A stretch of 64,000 nucleotides of DNA from a bacterium (GCA_965209155.1 OZ242383.1:608001-672000), one strand, 5' to 3'; numbered from the stretch's first letter, positions 23,660-33,659 are shown. The notes: generated by a model not told the origin, from the sequence alone. A program made the numbers and translations.

Positions 23660-24604
23660 ATGAAATTCGGGATTCAAGTTAACTGTTATAACACCAAGTG
23701 GGACGATATCGCGCGATCGGTTGAAGCAATGGAGGCGGGTCCTTGGGACAGCCTCTGGTTCGCAGACCACTTTTTTCCACCATGGGGCGGGCCAAAGGGA
23801 AGCCGGAAGACCGAGCACCTGCCCGCATTCGAAGGCTACACGCTGATTGCGGTGGCGGCCGGGATGACCAGCAAGCTGAAGTTGGGACATTTGGTGTTGG
23901 GCAACACCTACCGCAATCCGGCGCTGCTGGCGAAGATGGCGACCTCGCTCGACCAGGCATCCAAAGGCCGGTTCACGCTGTCGCTGGGCGCCGGGTGGTG
24001 CGAGCGCGAGCATTATGGCTTCGGCTGGACGTTTCCCACCATGCGTGAACGCCAGGATCGATTCGAGGAGGCATGCCAGCTGATCCGCACGCTGTTCACC
24101 ACGGAAGGTCCGATCGATTTCCGTGGCCGTTACTACCGAGCGGACCAGTTGCAGCTTTCTCCCGGCAGTTACCAGCAGCCACACATTCCAATCCTTGTGG
24201 GTGGTACCGGCGAGCGACGCACGCTGCGCACCCTTGCCAGGTATGGTGACGTGTTCAATTTGGACGGTTGGGCAGGACAAGGGGTTGCGCTCAAGACCTA
24301 CCGGCACAAGGTGGAGGTGCTGGAACGTCATTGCGAGGACGCCGGACGTGACCCGGCCGAGATCAGGCGTACCATCCTCATGCCAATCGTGGTCGGCGAG
24401 GATCAGGCAGCAAGAGAAGCCGGTGAACGTCTCACCAAGTCCCTTGGCGCAGGGACAATGGTCGGTACGCGCCAGAAGGTGGTGGACCGGATCGGGAAGC
24501 TGATTGACGAAGGAGTCGACGAGATCATGTTCGGAAATATCCCCACCGGTGGAGTCGAGGAAATCCAGCGCATCGAGCAGGAAATTGTCGCCGCCTTCGA
24601 TTGA
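23660..24604 (+). CDS. LLM-class (luciferase-like) flavin/F420-dependent oxidoreductase
   Basis: DSLWFADHF, GNTYRNPALLAKMATSLDQASKGRFTLSLGAGW.EREH, PILVGGTGERRTLR; AAGGAG RBS. Confidence 0.88.
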   Translation: MKFGIQVNCYNTKWDDIARSVEAMEAGPWDSLWFADHFFPPWGGPKGSRKTEHLPAFEGYTLIAVAAGMTSKLKLGHLVLGNTYRNPALLAKMATSLDQASKGRFTLSLGAGWCEREHYGFGWTFPTMRERQDRFEEACQLIRTLFTTEGPIDFRGRYYRADQLQLSPGSYQQPHIPILVGGTGERRTLRTLARYGDVFNLDGWAGQGVALKTYRHKVEVLERHCEDAGRDPAEIRRTILMPIVVGEDQAAREAGERLTKSLGAGTMVGTRQKVVDRIGKLIDEGVDEIMFGNIPTGGVEEIQRIEQEIVAAFD

Positions 24605-24910
24605 GGGGATCGTTTTAGGTCTTTAAATTTCAGCCAACGGAATATTCCTTTGGATGGTTTATAGACCTTGTCGAGGTATTTTTCGGTCAACTTCCAGACG
24701 CATCCGTTGACCGTTTTCCGATTCTCGTCGTCTCAATCCAGTTCGGGACTCGAAGCGCTCCAGCAGGTGACGAGGGGCGCTTGAGACGAACAGGAGAAAT
24801 AGAAGTTTCGATGCTTTTAAAACACCACGCGGGTGGATTCTTGGAGAGAGCCATCAAATCCCCAAGCCCCCCGCGCGGAGAAAGATTCCTTATTTCTTGA
24901 CAAATAAGGG

Positions 24911-25351
24911 TTAGATATCCGTCTGCGAAGTCGTTGAATCCGTGCTAAAAAATCGCGAGAAAACCCGGTGTTCCAAGATCTCTGACATGGAATTTCGATG
25001 CCCGTCCTTGAAATATCCCCAGTGATCCCCCCGTTTTCCATCACGATGGTGTCTTCCTTTTCCTTTCCAACGATCATTGCGCATTTCTTTCAACTGCTCC
25101 AATTGCGCTTCATTGAGCACCGCTTCGAATTGGTCACGGGTTGCTTGACGCAGCGCGCGTAACTCCTTTTGTAACGCTTCTTCTTTATTTTCAGATTCTT
25201 CAAATATCTTGCGCAATCTGTCCACCTGCTCATCACTGAGTTCCAGTCGCTCCTGCAACCGGTCCAGGTAGCCGTCGATGGAATGCGCAGCCACCACGGC
25301 TCCTACTAACAAACCGACACCGATTATACTTCCAACAATCATTTTTTTCAT
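24911..25351 (-). CDS. Secreted helical protein, Spy/CpxP-like
   Basis: Signal peptide, LELSDEQ and VLNEAQ (LTxEQ-like) motifs, GAGG RBS. Confidence 0.6.
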   Translation of the reverse strand: MKKMIVGSIIGVGLLVGAVVAAHSIDGYLDRLQERLELSDEQVDRLRKIFEESENKEEALQKELRALRQATRDQFEAVLNEAQLEQLKEMRNDRWKGKGRHHRDGKRGDHWGYFKDGHRNSMSEILEHRVFSRFFSTDSTTSQTDI

Positions 25352-25579
25352 AGTTTCCTCATTTCAATCAGGATTGATAAACAGGACGTCGACCTTCGAC
25401 ATCCACTGAGGCCAGTATAAACAATGCAATGTTTTTTGAGGGTCAAGAGAGAGTAAAGATATTGTAAATTTTTACGAGCTGTTGCCGGTTCCATCAGAAA
25501 AAGGATTCTGCAGGTATTTGAAGACGCCATCTCCTTGTTTCTCTGGTACGCCACAGCGAAAGTACGTGGATCCCCTTAT

Positions 25580-25696
25580 GTCGTTCCCGCGAAGGCGAGG
25601 AGCGGGAATCCAGGGTATCGAGTCAATCCTTTCCCCGGAATCGGAAACCAGAGTATCGAAAAGTCCCCCTGGATTCCGGGGCTTCGCCCGGAATGA
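25580..25696. repeat. Inverted pair of REP-like palindromes
   Basis: gtcgttcccgcgaaggcgaggagcgggaatccag ... ctggattccggggcttcgcccggaatgac. Confidence 0.7.
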
Positions 25697-25765
25697 CAAG
25701 ACCGCGAATAGCCGGAAGGAGCAGAACTTGGATGCGCTTTTTAACCTGAGCCGATCAAGCAGTCG

Positions 25766-26203
25766 TTATTCAATAACTGTTATTGTAATCTTTTCCGAGA
25801 TCACGGGGGGAGAATGGGGCGTATGCAGGTAATCTCCCAGAACGAGTTGCAGGGTATGCTGACCCGGTTCGAGCTCGATCTCTGCTTCTGTCTGTCCCAA
25901 CCCGAAATGGACGACCTGGTCCGTGGCGGGGAGAGGTAGATCCATTGCGGGCATATCCCCTTCTGCCACATCGATGAGGACATGGTGATGCCCCGTATTG
26001 GGAAACTGTATGCCCGCAGGCGCAACTCCCATCCCCTCCAGTCCGAATCGTATGGTCACGGGTGAGGTGACAACTGCCCCATCCTCGGGCGACTGGATAT
26101 AGACCCTCGCATCATCCGGGGATGGTGACCTCTCCTGCGCTTCGGCAAGCGCAACGGGAACAAATAGAAGAAGAACAGTGATCCATGGTATTTGTATTTT
26201 CAT
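25766..26203 (-). CDS. DUF4399 domain secreted protein
   Basis: Signal peptide; FGLEGMGVAPAG..NTGHHHVLID..HFGLGQTEAEIELEPGQHTLQLVLGD. Confidence 0.88.
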   Translation of the reverse strand: MKIQIPWITVLLLFVPVALAEAQERSPSPDDARVYIQSPEDGAVVTSPVTIRFGLEGMGVAPAGIQFPNTGHHHVLIDVAEGDMPAMDLPLPATDQVVHFGLGQTEAEIELEPGQHTLQLVLGDYLHTPHSPPVISEKITITVIE

Positions 26204-26290
26204 AATTCTTTCCTTTTTTTGTACGATTTAAAAATGCATGCGTCGAGGATCAGGATACGGTTTATCTTCACATCAACGCATGAGACCTCA

Positions 26291-26494
26291 TTACCTGACA
26301 GATACAGGGCGTGATATAAATAAAATTTCCTTCACATTCTCAATGTATTCTATTTGGAGAGTTTTGTCATCAGTAAATATCGTCATTACTATGAGAGCCG
26401 GTATTAAGGCCAATCCTATCAGAAATGAAAAAAACGCGATGCTGTGAATCATCCAAACTTTTTCATATGACTCCTTACTATTCAATCGCGTCAT
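26291..26494 (-). CDS. Small hypothetical membrane protein
   Basis: 67 aa with one hydrophobic segment; overlaps the upstream ORF; AT-rich. Confidence 0.3.
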   Translation of the reverse strand: MTRLNSKESYEKVWMIHSIAFFSFLIGLALIPALIVMTIFTDDKTLQIEYIENVKEILFISRPVSVR

Positions 26495-26807
26495 AATTCA
26501 AATATTTGAATATCATGAAATTTTTCTTCTCATTATAAACCGTTTCTCCTATCTCGATTAATTGAGTACCTCCCCACTTGGTATATTCTGCAAATTCCTG
26601 GTTTTCTATCAAAAGCATTGTGACATGACCTGTGGAGTCATTGATTGAAAATTCGCATTTAAATCCATAATTTATTTGAGAATGACTTGGAGAAAATAAG
26701 TTCCCCAATGAATTCATCAAGTTTAGAATGAAGGAATGCTCCACAATCTTTTTCAAGTCAGGAATGACACGTCGATGCGATTCTAAATTTGCGCTGCTTT
26801 TCCGCAA
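26478..26807 (-). CDS. Hypothetical protein (start uncertain)
   Basis: 109-aa ORF in AT-rich DNA, where chance ORFs of this length are less common. Confidence 0.35.
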   Translation of the reverse strand: MRKSSANLESHRRVIPDLKKIVEHSFILNLMNSLGNLFSPSHSQINYGFKCEFSINDSTGHVTMLLIENQEFAEYTKWGGTQLIEIGETVYNEKKNFMIFKYLNYDAIE

Positions 26808-26924
26808 TCATCTTTGTGCCTTTGTGCCTCTCCTCTGTGCCTTTGCTTCTGGCTGGAAAATGTGTCATGAATCCCAAATGAAACTCTTATTGTAATCATT
26901 TGCTCACGTTAATTCAGTTAATTT

Positions 26925-26989
26925 AACCCGAATTCGAGATAAGCATTTAATGATTTCCAAATATTGAAGATTAATCTCGAACTCAGGTT
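26925..26989 (+). mobile_element. MITE family A, minimal 65-bp copy
   Basis: AACCCGAATTCGAGATAAGCATTTAAT...ATTGAAGATTAATCTCGAACTCAGGTT; both TIRs present, no internal REP, TSD imperfect. Confidence 0.75.
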
Positions 26990-27073
26990 AATTGAATTTC
27001 GTCGTGATGTGACGAAACGTTACGTATGACGAGTTTTAACAAAGATTCCCACCCGGATTGATGGAAATAAGAT

Positions 27074-27292
27074 ATGTCGAGTAAAAAATTTCTGAAATCA
27101 GTTTTGACAAGACAAATGAAAAATCCTGCTCAAATTTTTCTGCTGGTATTGATGGCAATAGTTGTGTTAACGTTGTCTTGTTACCGGTACGAAAAGGTGA
27201 GCGGAACAAACCTGATTGACGGATCGGTTCCTTGTCCTGAAACGAAAATAAGATGGAGACATCAGAAGAGGGATTGTAAAAATGGATATTAA
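27074..27292 (+). CDS. Small putative lipoprotein
   Basis: Hydrophobic stretch ending in the lipobox-like VLTLSC. Confidence 0.35.
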   Translation: MSSKKFLKSVLTRQMKNPAQIFLLVLMAIVVLTLSCYRYEKVSGTNLIDGSVPCPETKIRWRHQKRDCKNGY

Positions 27293-27551
27293 AAAAATTG
27301 AATACGAAAAAAATATTGAATTTCTTAAAAAGGAAAATATTTCAGAAATCGCATTCATCCAAAAAGTGTTAATTTATACGTTGATTTATATTGATTTTAA
27401 AAATCCCGAAATCCATGTACTCCAAAACTTAAATACGATAAAAAAGCATCTGCTTGATCTTTCAAAGAAGGATTTTCCTCAAGATCAGATTGATACGATA
27501 AACAATCATCTTCAGAATATTGCTGATTTAATTCAGAATTCAAAGTCGTAA
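27282..27551 (+). CDS. Hypothetical protein
   Basis: 89-aa helical ORF in AT-rich DNA, overlapping the previous ORF, GAGGG upstream. Confidence 0.4.
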   Translation: MDIKKIEYEKNIEFLKKENISEIAFIQKVLIYTLIYIDFKNPEIHVLQNLNTIKKHLLDLSKKDFPQDQIDTINNHLQNIADLIQNSKS

Positions 27552-27624
27552 TTTACTTTACATTTGAGGGGTAGATGACATATGCGCTTAAGACAAGCCT
27601 AGTACAAATAAGCATTTAATAAAT

Positions 27625-28461
27625 TCAATATGTCAGGGATTCCTCATTCTTAGAGAATCCGTGTCCTTCAGCAGAGTCGACCTGTGGGGGCGGGGGGCAG
27701 GGAGTGTACTCATAGAGGTAGAACCGTGAACCCCAGTGAATAAAGGGTTGCAGTGATTTGAAAATTCCACCCTGGGTGATGCACTTCGTAAAATCCGTAG
27801 AATGACTATGATAAATCAGCCATCCTTTTCTGGGAAAGGTTTTCAATGACGAATGGATCTGGTCGAGGCACTGACTTAAAATGTATTCATCAAAGGGATG
27901 AAAAAAATAAAAAACGTTGTCTTCCTTTCGCACTTGGTAATGGACGACGTCTGTATGAATCAACTCGAATCGATCATTGCCGGTTCTTTCTACGTAGTCT
28001 CGTATGTTACCTTGGGCGAGTTGATAGAGGGTCGGACTGAATTCCAACCCTTTGATTTTATGAATGCCGCATTCAGCAGCCAGGATCATCACTCTTCCTT
28101 TCCCCGCTCCATAATCGACCAACACGATGGAATCGTCCGGCAGGTTCAGTGCTTCGATCATCTTTTTAAATGGGACAATATGAGTGGTACAATAAAAAGT
28201 GGAGTGTTTTTTATTGATCAGAAAATCTTCGATAAGGTTTAAATTCAATAAGAAATTATCGGTTTTACGATAAGACCTGAACCAGATCCACTCTCTTAAA
28301 TAATTCAATAAGTACAGACAGTTACAGTAAATCCTGTTATTCACGATCGAGTGAATGATGGTTCTCAGTGCTTTACCGGTAACAGAAATTTCTTTATCTT
28401 GATCCGGCTGTCTTTTTCTTATCGGTTTTTGGTCTCTTCGATTTTTCATGATTCTTCTCAT
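27625..28461 (-). CDS. Class I SAM-dependent methyltransferase
   Basis: VLVDYGAGKGR (motif I), KGLEFS, IHTDV, VFYFFHPF; the C-terminal tail derives from a MITE fragment. Confidence 0.8.
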   Translation of the reverse strand: MRRIMKNRRDQKPIRKRQPDQDKEISVTGKALRTIIHSIVNNRIYCNCLYLLNYLREWIWFRSYRKTDNFLLNLNLIEDFLINKKHSTFYCTTHIVPFKKMIEALNLPDDSIVLVDYGAGKGRVMILAAECGIHKIKGLEFSPTLYQLAQGNIRDYVERTGNDRFELIHTDVVHYQVRKEDNVFYFFHPFDEYILSQCLDQIHSSLKTFPRKGWLIYHSHSTDFTKCITQGGIFKSLQPFIHWGSRFYLYEYTPCPPPPQVDSAEGHGFSKNEESLTY

Positions 28462-28581
28462 GGGGAGATTTTTAATGATTCAGTCCAAAATATCAAGGTT
28501 CATGCCACAGTATCCCATGCCCCTGTTTCGAATATTGAGCCTCTTGTGCTGCGTCATTAACACAATCAACGGGTACCGGAC

Positions 28582-29610
28582 ATGCGTATGTTTACTTTCT
28601 GTTTGACCTTTCTGCTGGCAGCTTCCCTTCCATTTACTCCGGAGGCGAGTGAATTGCTCAAGGTGGTGAGTTGGAATATCGCAAATCTTCACCACAAACC
28701 CGGAGTGCCCCTGCGGAACAGGGCGGTGCCACGGGACGAGATGGACTATCAGCGTCTCCGTCAAGTGGTCGAAAACCTGGATGCCGATATTCTGGCGTTG
28801 CAGGAAATCGGCTCTCCTGCGGCACTGGGCCGGATCATTCCGGAGGAGCATTATCACTTGATCGTGTCAGGTCGTTATCAACAGGGTATCGAATTGCTCC
28901 CTCCTGAACAACGCGAAATTTTTGTCGCCCTTGCGATTTCAAAGAAAACCTTCCCCCGACTTCCCAAGGTTCAAACCCTGGACGCGCTGTCGATCCGGCA
29001 CCTGGACCTGCGCCATGGGAAAGCGGAGGAGCGAAGGACGCGGGCGGCGATGGTCGTCGAATTCGAATTGGAAGGACTCCCGGTCAAATTGCTGGCCGTG
29101 CACCTCAAATCGTTTTGTCATGGGTGGCCCCTGTTTCCGGTAGAAGATGAAGACTCCGAGACGAAAGTGGTATTCAATTCACGCTTCGCCTGCAGGACGC
29201 TTGTGGCGCAACATGCGATCCTGGAAAACTGGTTGGAACAACAGGCGGCGCAAGGCATCGCGACCATCGTTGCCGGTGACTTCAATCGCAGGATGAATCT
29301 CCCTTCTTCCGATGCTGGTGACGCAGATCACTTCTGGAAGGAACTCAACGACGGGAATCCCTCGGATCTGGAATTTGTGAAGGGACCCGAAGGCAAGGAT
29401 GAAGCGTGCTGGCCCTTCCATGAGCAAAGATACGAGGAACACATCGATTTCGTGGTGGTCGATAAAACCCTGCTGCGCAACGGACGGTCGCTGGAGTTCG
29501 GCAAGGTCAGCATGGGATATGAAGACGACCCCAGGTATGAAGGCAACGAGCGACAAAAACTGAGCGACCATTGCCCCGTGGTGATGACCCTGACCGGGGG
29601 TCAGGCTTGA
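28582..29610 (+). CDS. Secreted endonuclease/exonuclease/phosphatase family protein
   Basis: Signal peptide, VSWNI, ADILALQE, VHLKS, AGDFN, IDF, LSDHCPV. Confidence 0.9.
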   Translation: MRMFTFCLTFLLAASLPFTPEASELLKVVSWNIANLHHKPGVPLRNRAVPRDEMDYQRLRQVVENLDADILALQEIGSPAALGRIIPEEHYHLIVSGRYQQGIELLPPEQREIFVALAISKKTFPRLPKVQTLDALSIRHLDLRHGKAEERRTRAAMVVEFELEGLPVKLLAVHLKSFCHGWPLFPVEDEDSETKVVFNSRFACRTLVAQHAILENWLEQQAAQGIATIVAGDFNRRMNLPSSDAGDADHFWKELNDGNPSDLEFVKGPEGKDEACWPFHEQRYEEHIDFVVVDKTLLRNGRSLEFGKVSMGYEDDPRYEGNERQKLSDHCPVVMTLTGGQA

Positions 29611-29678
29611 AAGTTTGGAAAAGTAGCGTTATTTTTTTCTTCAAATCGATTTGACTTTCCTTTTCGTTTATTTTGGAG

Positions 29679-29820
29679 ATGGCTCGTCAACCACGCCTTT
29701 ACATCCTGGTGCGCTTTACCATGTGATGCTTCGTGGCAATGGAGGGCAACCCATTTTTTCTGTCCGCTCGACTATCGACCTTTTTATCACCTGCTCCCAG
29801 AAGCTTCCCAACGCTTTGAT
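29679..29820 (+). pseudogene. N-terminal remnant of a RAYT-like (Y1/IS200 superfamily) transposase
   Basis: Across two frameshifts: MARQPRL / PGALYHVMLRGNGGQPIFS / DYRPFYHLLPEASQRFD; truncated before the HUH motif. Confidence 0.7.
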
Positions 29821-29862
29821 CAAGGGAAATGCGGAGACTATGAAAATTTTCCGGGACTTATT

Positions 29863-30876
29863 TTGTATAAACCAACCATTTCCATTTTGATGCCGGTCCA
29901 CAACAATGAATCTTCCCTTGTGGAATGCCTGGAGAGCATCAGACGGCAAACAATAAACGATTTTGAATTGGTGATCGTTGACGATGGGTCGACGGACAAC
30001 AGCGGGAACATGCTGGCGCATCATGCCGGTCAGGACAAGCGAATCAAGTTGATCCGCCAGTCACGAAAGGGGATTGTGGAAGCCTTGAATCGAGGACTGC
30101 AAGATTGCGAAGGTCGCTATATCGCCCGCATGGACGGAGACGATTGGATGCATCCCCATCGTTTGCAGCGACAACTACAATTTTTCGAGGAACATCGAGG
30201 GTTGGACTTGATTGGGAGTCGGGTGGAAGGGCTTCCCACCACCACCGACTATCAAAAGTGGAGCAATGCGTTGATCACCGACGAGGAGATTAAAGAGGAA
30301 ATGTTTGTAGAATCTCCCATCATGCATCCTACGTTTTTTGCGAAACGCATGCTTTTTGACCAGTTGGGAGGGTATCGTCAGAATCCTTGGGCCGAAGACT
30401 ATGATTTCATATTGCGCGCCTACCAGCAAAATTTACGATTCGCTAAAGTCGACGAAGTGCTCGTTAAAAAATATGATTCTCCCACTCGCCTCTCTCGGGT
30501 CGATTGGAAATACAAACGCCCTGCCATGTTTCGCGCAAAAGTTCACTATTTTCTGCAATGTGGTTTCCTGTATAAAAAGAAAGGCGTCGTCATCGCCGGC
30601 ACCGGACCTTCGGGTCGTAATATCGCTTCATTTTTTCGGGAAAAGGGGATTGCCGTGTTGGGTTTTACCGACAATCGCCCGAGCCCTCCAAACCGCACGG
30701 TGATGGGAATTCCCGCATGGGGGATCGATGGATCCCTCCCGGATGAATTACAGTCCTTGATGGAGGAGACATACGTGATCCTGGCCATTGGCGGAAAAAA
30801 CGGGTACCAGCAATGGGTTCAATTGATGAACCGCCATGCATTGCGAAATGCCATCGAATTTAAGAGATTCCTTTAA
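29863..30876 (+). CDS. Glycosyltransferase family 2
   Basis: ISILMPVHN, VDDGSTD, ARMDGDD, EDYD; C-terminal Rossmann-like IAGTGPSG. Confidence 0.88.
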   Translation: MYKPTISILMPVHNNESSLVECLESIRRQTINDFELVIVDDGSTDNSGNMLAHHAGQDKRIKLIRQSRKGIVEALNRGLQDCEGRYIARMDGDDWMHPHRLQRQLQFFEEHRGLDLIGSRVEGLPTTTDYQKWSNALITDEEIKEEMFVESPIMHPTFFAKRMLFDQLGGYRQNPWAEDYDFILRAYQQNLRFAKVDEVLVKKYDSPTRLSRVDWKYKRPAMFRAKVHYFLQCGFLYKKKGVVIAGTGPSGRNIASFFREKGIAVLGFTDNRPSPPNRTVMGIPAWGIDGSLPDELQSLMEETYVILAIGGKNGYQQWVQLMNRHALRNAIEFKRFL

Positions 30877-31080
30877 AACGCGAGATCCTCGCCAACCCTT
30901 CGCAAATAATTCCGGACGAGTAGAAAAATCGGAAGATGCCTTGACATTCTCGCATTTTGAATCGATGATGGCTCATTTCCAATGAGGTGTTGTGACGAGG
31001 AGTGCCTGCCAGGCCAAAGCCCGCTCTCTTCGAAATACGGATGATCCTTCCATTTTCCGGGACCCTGAGATTCAAGCGCA

Positions 31081-31857
31081 ATGAACAAAATTCATCCCAC
31101 TGCAATTATAGAAATGGGAGCCGAGCTCGGGAACGAGATTGAAGTTGGACCCTATTGTCGCATTGGCCCTCAAGTGACCCTGGACGACGGATGCTTCCTG
31201 CGTTCCCATGTCGTGATTGAAGGAAGTACGACGATCGGCAAGAGAAATTTGTTCTACCAGTTCGCCACAATCGGTTCCGATCCTCAATATCTCAAATATA
31301 ACCAGGAAAACACCCTCCTGACCATTGGTAACGACAATACGTTCCGCGAGGGGGTTTCCGTTCACAAAGGGACGGAAGCCGGCATACGCAATACCATCAT
31401 CGGCGATCACAACCTGTTAATGGGTTACGTTCACGTGGCGCATGATTGTCAAATCGGCAATCACAACATCCTCACCAATTACACGGGTTTGAGCGGTCAT
31501 GTCATTTTGGACAATTACGTGACGCTTGGCGGGCAAAATGGAGTGACCCAGTTTGTCAGAATCGGAAATTACAGCTATTTTGGCGCGGGTACGATGATCG
31601 ACAAACATATCGCGCCTTATACGACAGGATACGGGAACCGGGTCCAAGTCAGGGGAGTGAACATCGTTGGCTTGAAACGGAAGGGATTTTCCCGGGAAGC
31701 GATCAATAATATTCTCGACGTACACCGCCTTTTTTTTCGTTCGGAATTGAACGAAAAAGATGCCCTGCGTACCATTGAGGAGCAATATGGGCATTTGCAG
31801 GAAATTCGCGTGTTCATCGACTTCGTCCGTTCCGTGGAAGGGGGCGTGCGAAAATAG
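31081..31857 (+). CDS. lpxA: UDP-N-acetylglucosamine O-acyltransferase
   Basis: IHPTAII hexapeptide repeats, IGSDPQYLKY, HVAHDC, GVNIVGLKRKGFS. Confidence 0.93.
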   Translation: MNKIHPTAIIEMGAELGNEIEVGPYCRIGPQVTLDDGCFLRSHVVIEGSTTIGKRNLFYQFATIGSDPQYLKYNQENTLLTIGNDNTFREGVSVHKGTEAGIRNTIIGDHNLLMGYVHVAHDCQIGNHNILTNYTGLSGHVILDNYVTLGGQNGVTQFVRIGNYSYFGAGTMIDKHIAPYTTGYGNRVQVRGVNIVGLKRKGFSREAINNILDVHRLFFRSELNEKDALRTIEEQYGHLQEIRVFIDFVRSVEGGVRK

Positions 31858-31938
31858 TAAAACCTTTTGAAAAATTTCGGGACATGGACTGGCAGCCTGT
31901 CCCGGAACGTTTCGTAATTCGCGTACCATAACGATCCA

Positions 31939-32958
31939 ATGCAAGATCAACTCAATGCTCTCAAGGAAAAAGGATTGCAAGAATTGAAACAACTCTCGCA
32001 AACCGAACAACTTCCTCGATGGCACCGCCAGTATCTCTCCAAGAAAGGAGAATTGAATCAATTTTTCAAGAAGCTGGCTCAGGTGTCTCCTGGAGAAAGA
32101 CCTGTGCTTGGAAAGATGGTGAATGAGGTTAAACAAATTCTCAGCGAGCAGTTTGAATCTCACCAGGAACAATTAGAGGAAGAAAAACTCGACCGCTCCC
32201 TAGGCGATGAAATCGATATCACCCTGCCTGGCCGCCCTTATTTAAGAGGCCACCTGCACATCAGCACTCAAACCCTGCGGCGGATCTGTACGATTTTCGG
32301 AGAAATGGGATTCCAGATTTACCAATCGCCGGAAGTGGAAACGGATGAAAACAATTTTCAACTGCTGAATATCCCTGCTTACCATCCGGCTCGTGATATG
32401 TGGGATACGTTTTGGATCAATGATAAGGTGGTTTTGCGCACTCATACCTCTCCCGGACAAATCCGCGCTATGCGGGAATTCTATCCCGAACCCATTCGCA
32501 TCATCCTGCCGGGTAAAGTATACCGCTATGAACAAATCACCCCGCGATCCGAACACCAATTCTACCAAATCGAAGGACTGGCGGTTGGGCGCAATATCAA
32601 AATGACCGACTTGATCGGAGTGATGAGCGAATTTGCCCGTAAAATGCATGGTTCGGAACGGAAAATTCGCATTCGGGGCAGTTACTTTCCATTCACGGAA
32701 CCCAGTATCGAGATCGATATGGACTGCATATTATGCAAAGGCAAAGGTTGCCGGGTTTGTAAGTACAGCAATTGGCTGGAAGTGGCAGGGGCGGGAATGG
32801 TGCACCCCGTCGTTTTGAAAAATGGGGGCTACGATCCTGGAGAATGGAACGGATTTGCCTTCGGTTTGGGGCTGGAACGTCCGGTGATGCTGCAGCATGG
32901 AATCAATGATATCCGCTATTTCTATGGAAATGATCTCAATTTTCTCAAACAATTTTAG
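31939..32958 (+). CDS. pheS: Phenylalanine-tRNA ligase alpha subunit
   Basis: HPARDMWDTF, LRTHTSPGQ, YFPFTEPS, GFAFGLGLER. Confidence 0.96.
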   Translation: MQDQLNALKEKGLQELKQLSQTEQLPRWHRQYLSKKGELNQFFKKLAQVSPGERPVLGKMVNEVKQILSEQFESHQEQLEEEKLDRSLGDEIDITLPGRPYLRGHLHISTQTLRRICTIFGEMGFQIYQSPEVETDENNFQLLNIPAYHPARDMWDTFWINDKVVLRTHTSPGQIRAMREFYPEPIRIILPGKVYRYEQITPRSEHQFYQIEGLAVGRNIKMTDLIGVMSEFARKMHGSERKIRIRGSYFPFTEPSIEIDMDCILCKGKGCRVCKYSNWLEVAGAGMVHPVVLKNGGYDPGEWNGFAFGLGLERPVMLQHGINDIRYFYGNDLNFLKQF

Positions 32959-32970
32959 TCGCTCCTCTCG

Positions 32971-33387
32971 ATGGCATTGACGGTTCACCTGCAAAGCTTC
33001 GGTTATCTCTTATCCGGAATCCCTGAAGATCCTGCAGACAATGGAGGAGGATTCGTTTTTGACTGCCGTGGATTGCCCAACCCGGGCAAAGAGGAACCAT
33101 TCCGCTACCTGAGTGGACTGGATCGTCCCGTTCAACAGTATTTCCGGCAATTCCCCGTTGTGAAACGTTTTGCCGATACCTGCGCGCTGTTGGTTGAACA
33201 AACCATCGAGCGTTACCTGAGAATGAATTTCACGGACCTGATGGTCTCCTTTGGATGCACGGGAGGTCAACATCGCTCCGTCTACCAATCTGAATTATTG
33301 GCACGGCGACTGGCACGGCATGACGATGTGGTGGTGGTGGTCACTCACACAGAAAAATCGCATTGGTTGCCTCCTGCTTCATTTTAA
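32971..33387 (+). CDS. Stand-alone RapZ C-terminal domain protein
   Basis: SFGY..G.P, GGGFVFDCRGLPNP, SFGCTGGQHRSV; no P-loop domain. Confidence 0.8.
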   Translation: MALTVHLQSFGYLLSGIPEDPADNGGGFVFDCRGLPNPGKEEPFRYLSGLDRPVQQYFRQFPVVKRFADTCALLVEQTIERYLRMNFTDLMVSFGCTGGQHRSVYQSELLARRLARHDDVVVVVTHTEKSHWLPPASF

Positions 33388-33451
33388 TTTTGATTTTTTA
33401 AAGAACTTCGTCTAAATTTCGAATTGGAATTATATTTCGACTCCTCGAAAT

Positions 33452-33538
33452 GCCGAAGTGGCGGAATTGGTAGACGCGCTAGATTCAGGTTCTAGTGTCC
33501 GCGAGGATGTGGGTGTTCGAATCACCTCTTCGGCACCA
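33452..33538 (+). tRNA. tRNA-Leu (CAG)
   Basis: GCCGAAG/CTTCGGC acceptor stem, CTAGA-TTCAGGT-TCTAG anticodon arm, long variable arm, TTCGAAT T-loop, encoded CCA. Confidence 0.95.
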
Positions 33539-33567
33539 TTCCCCCACTCGAAGATCCCTTTCTTTCC

Positions 33568-33640
<73 letters not shown>

Positions 33641-33659
33641 CCTTCTCCCTTGACTAATG

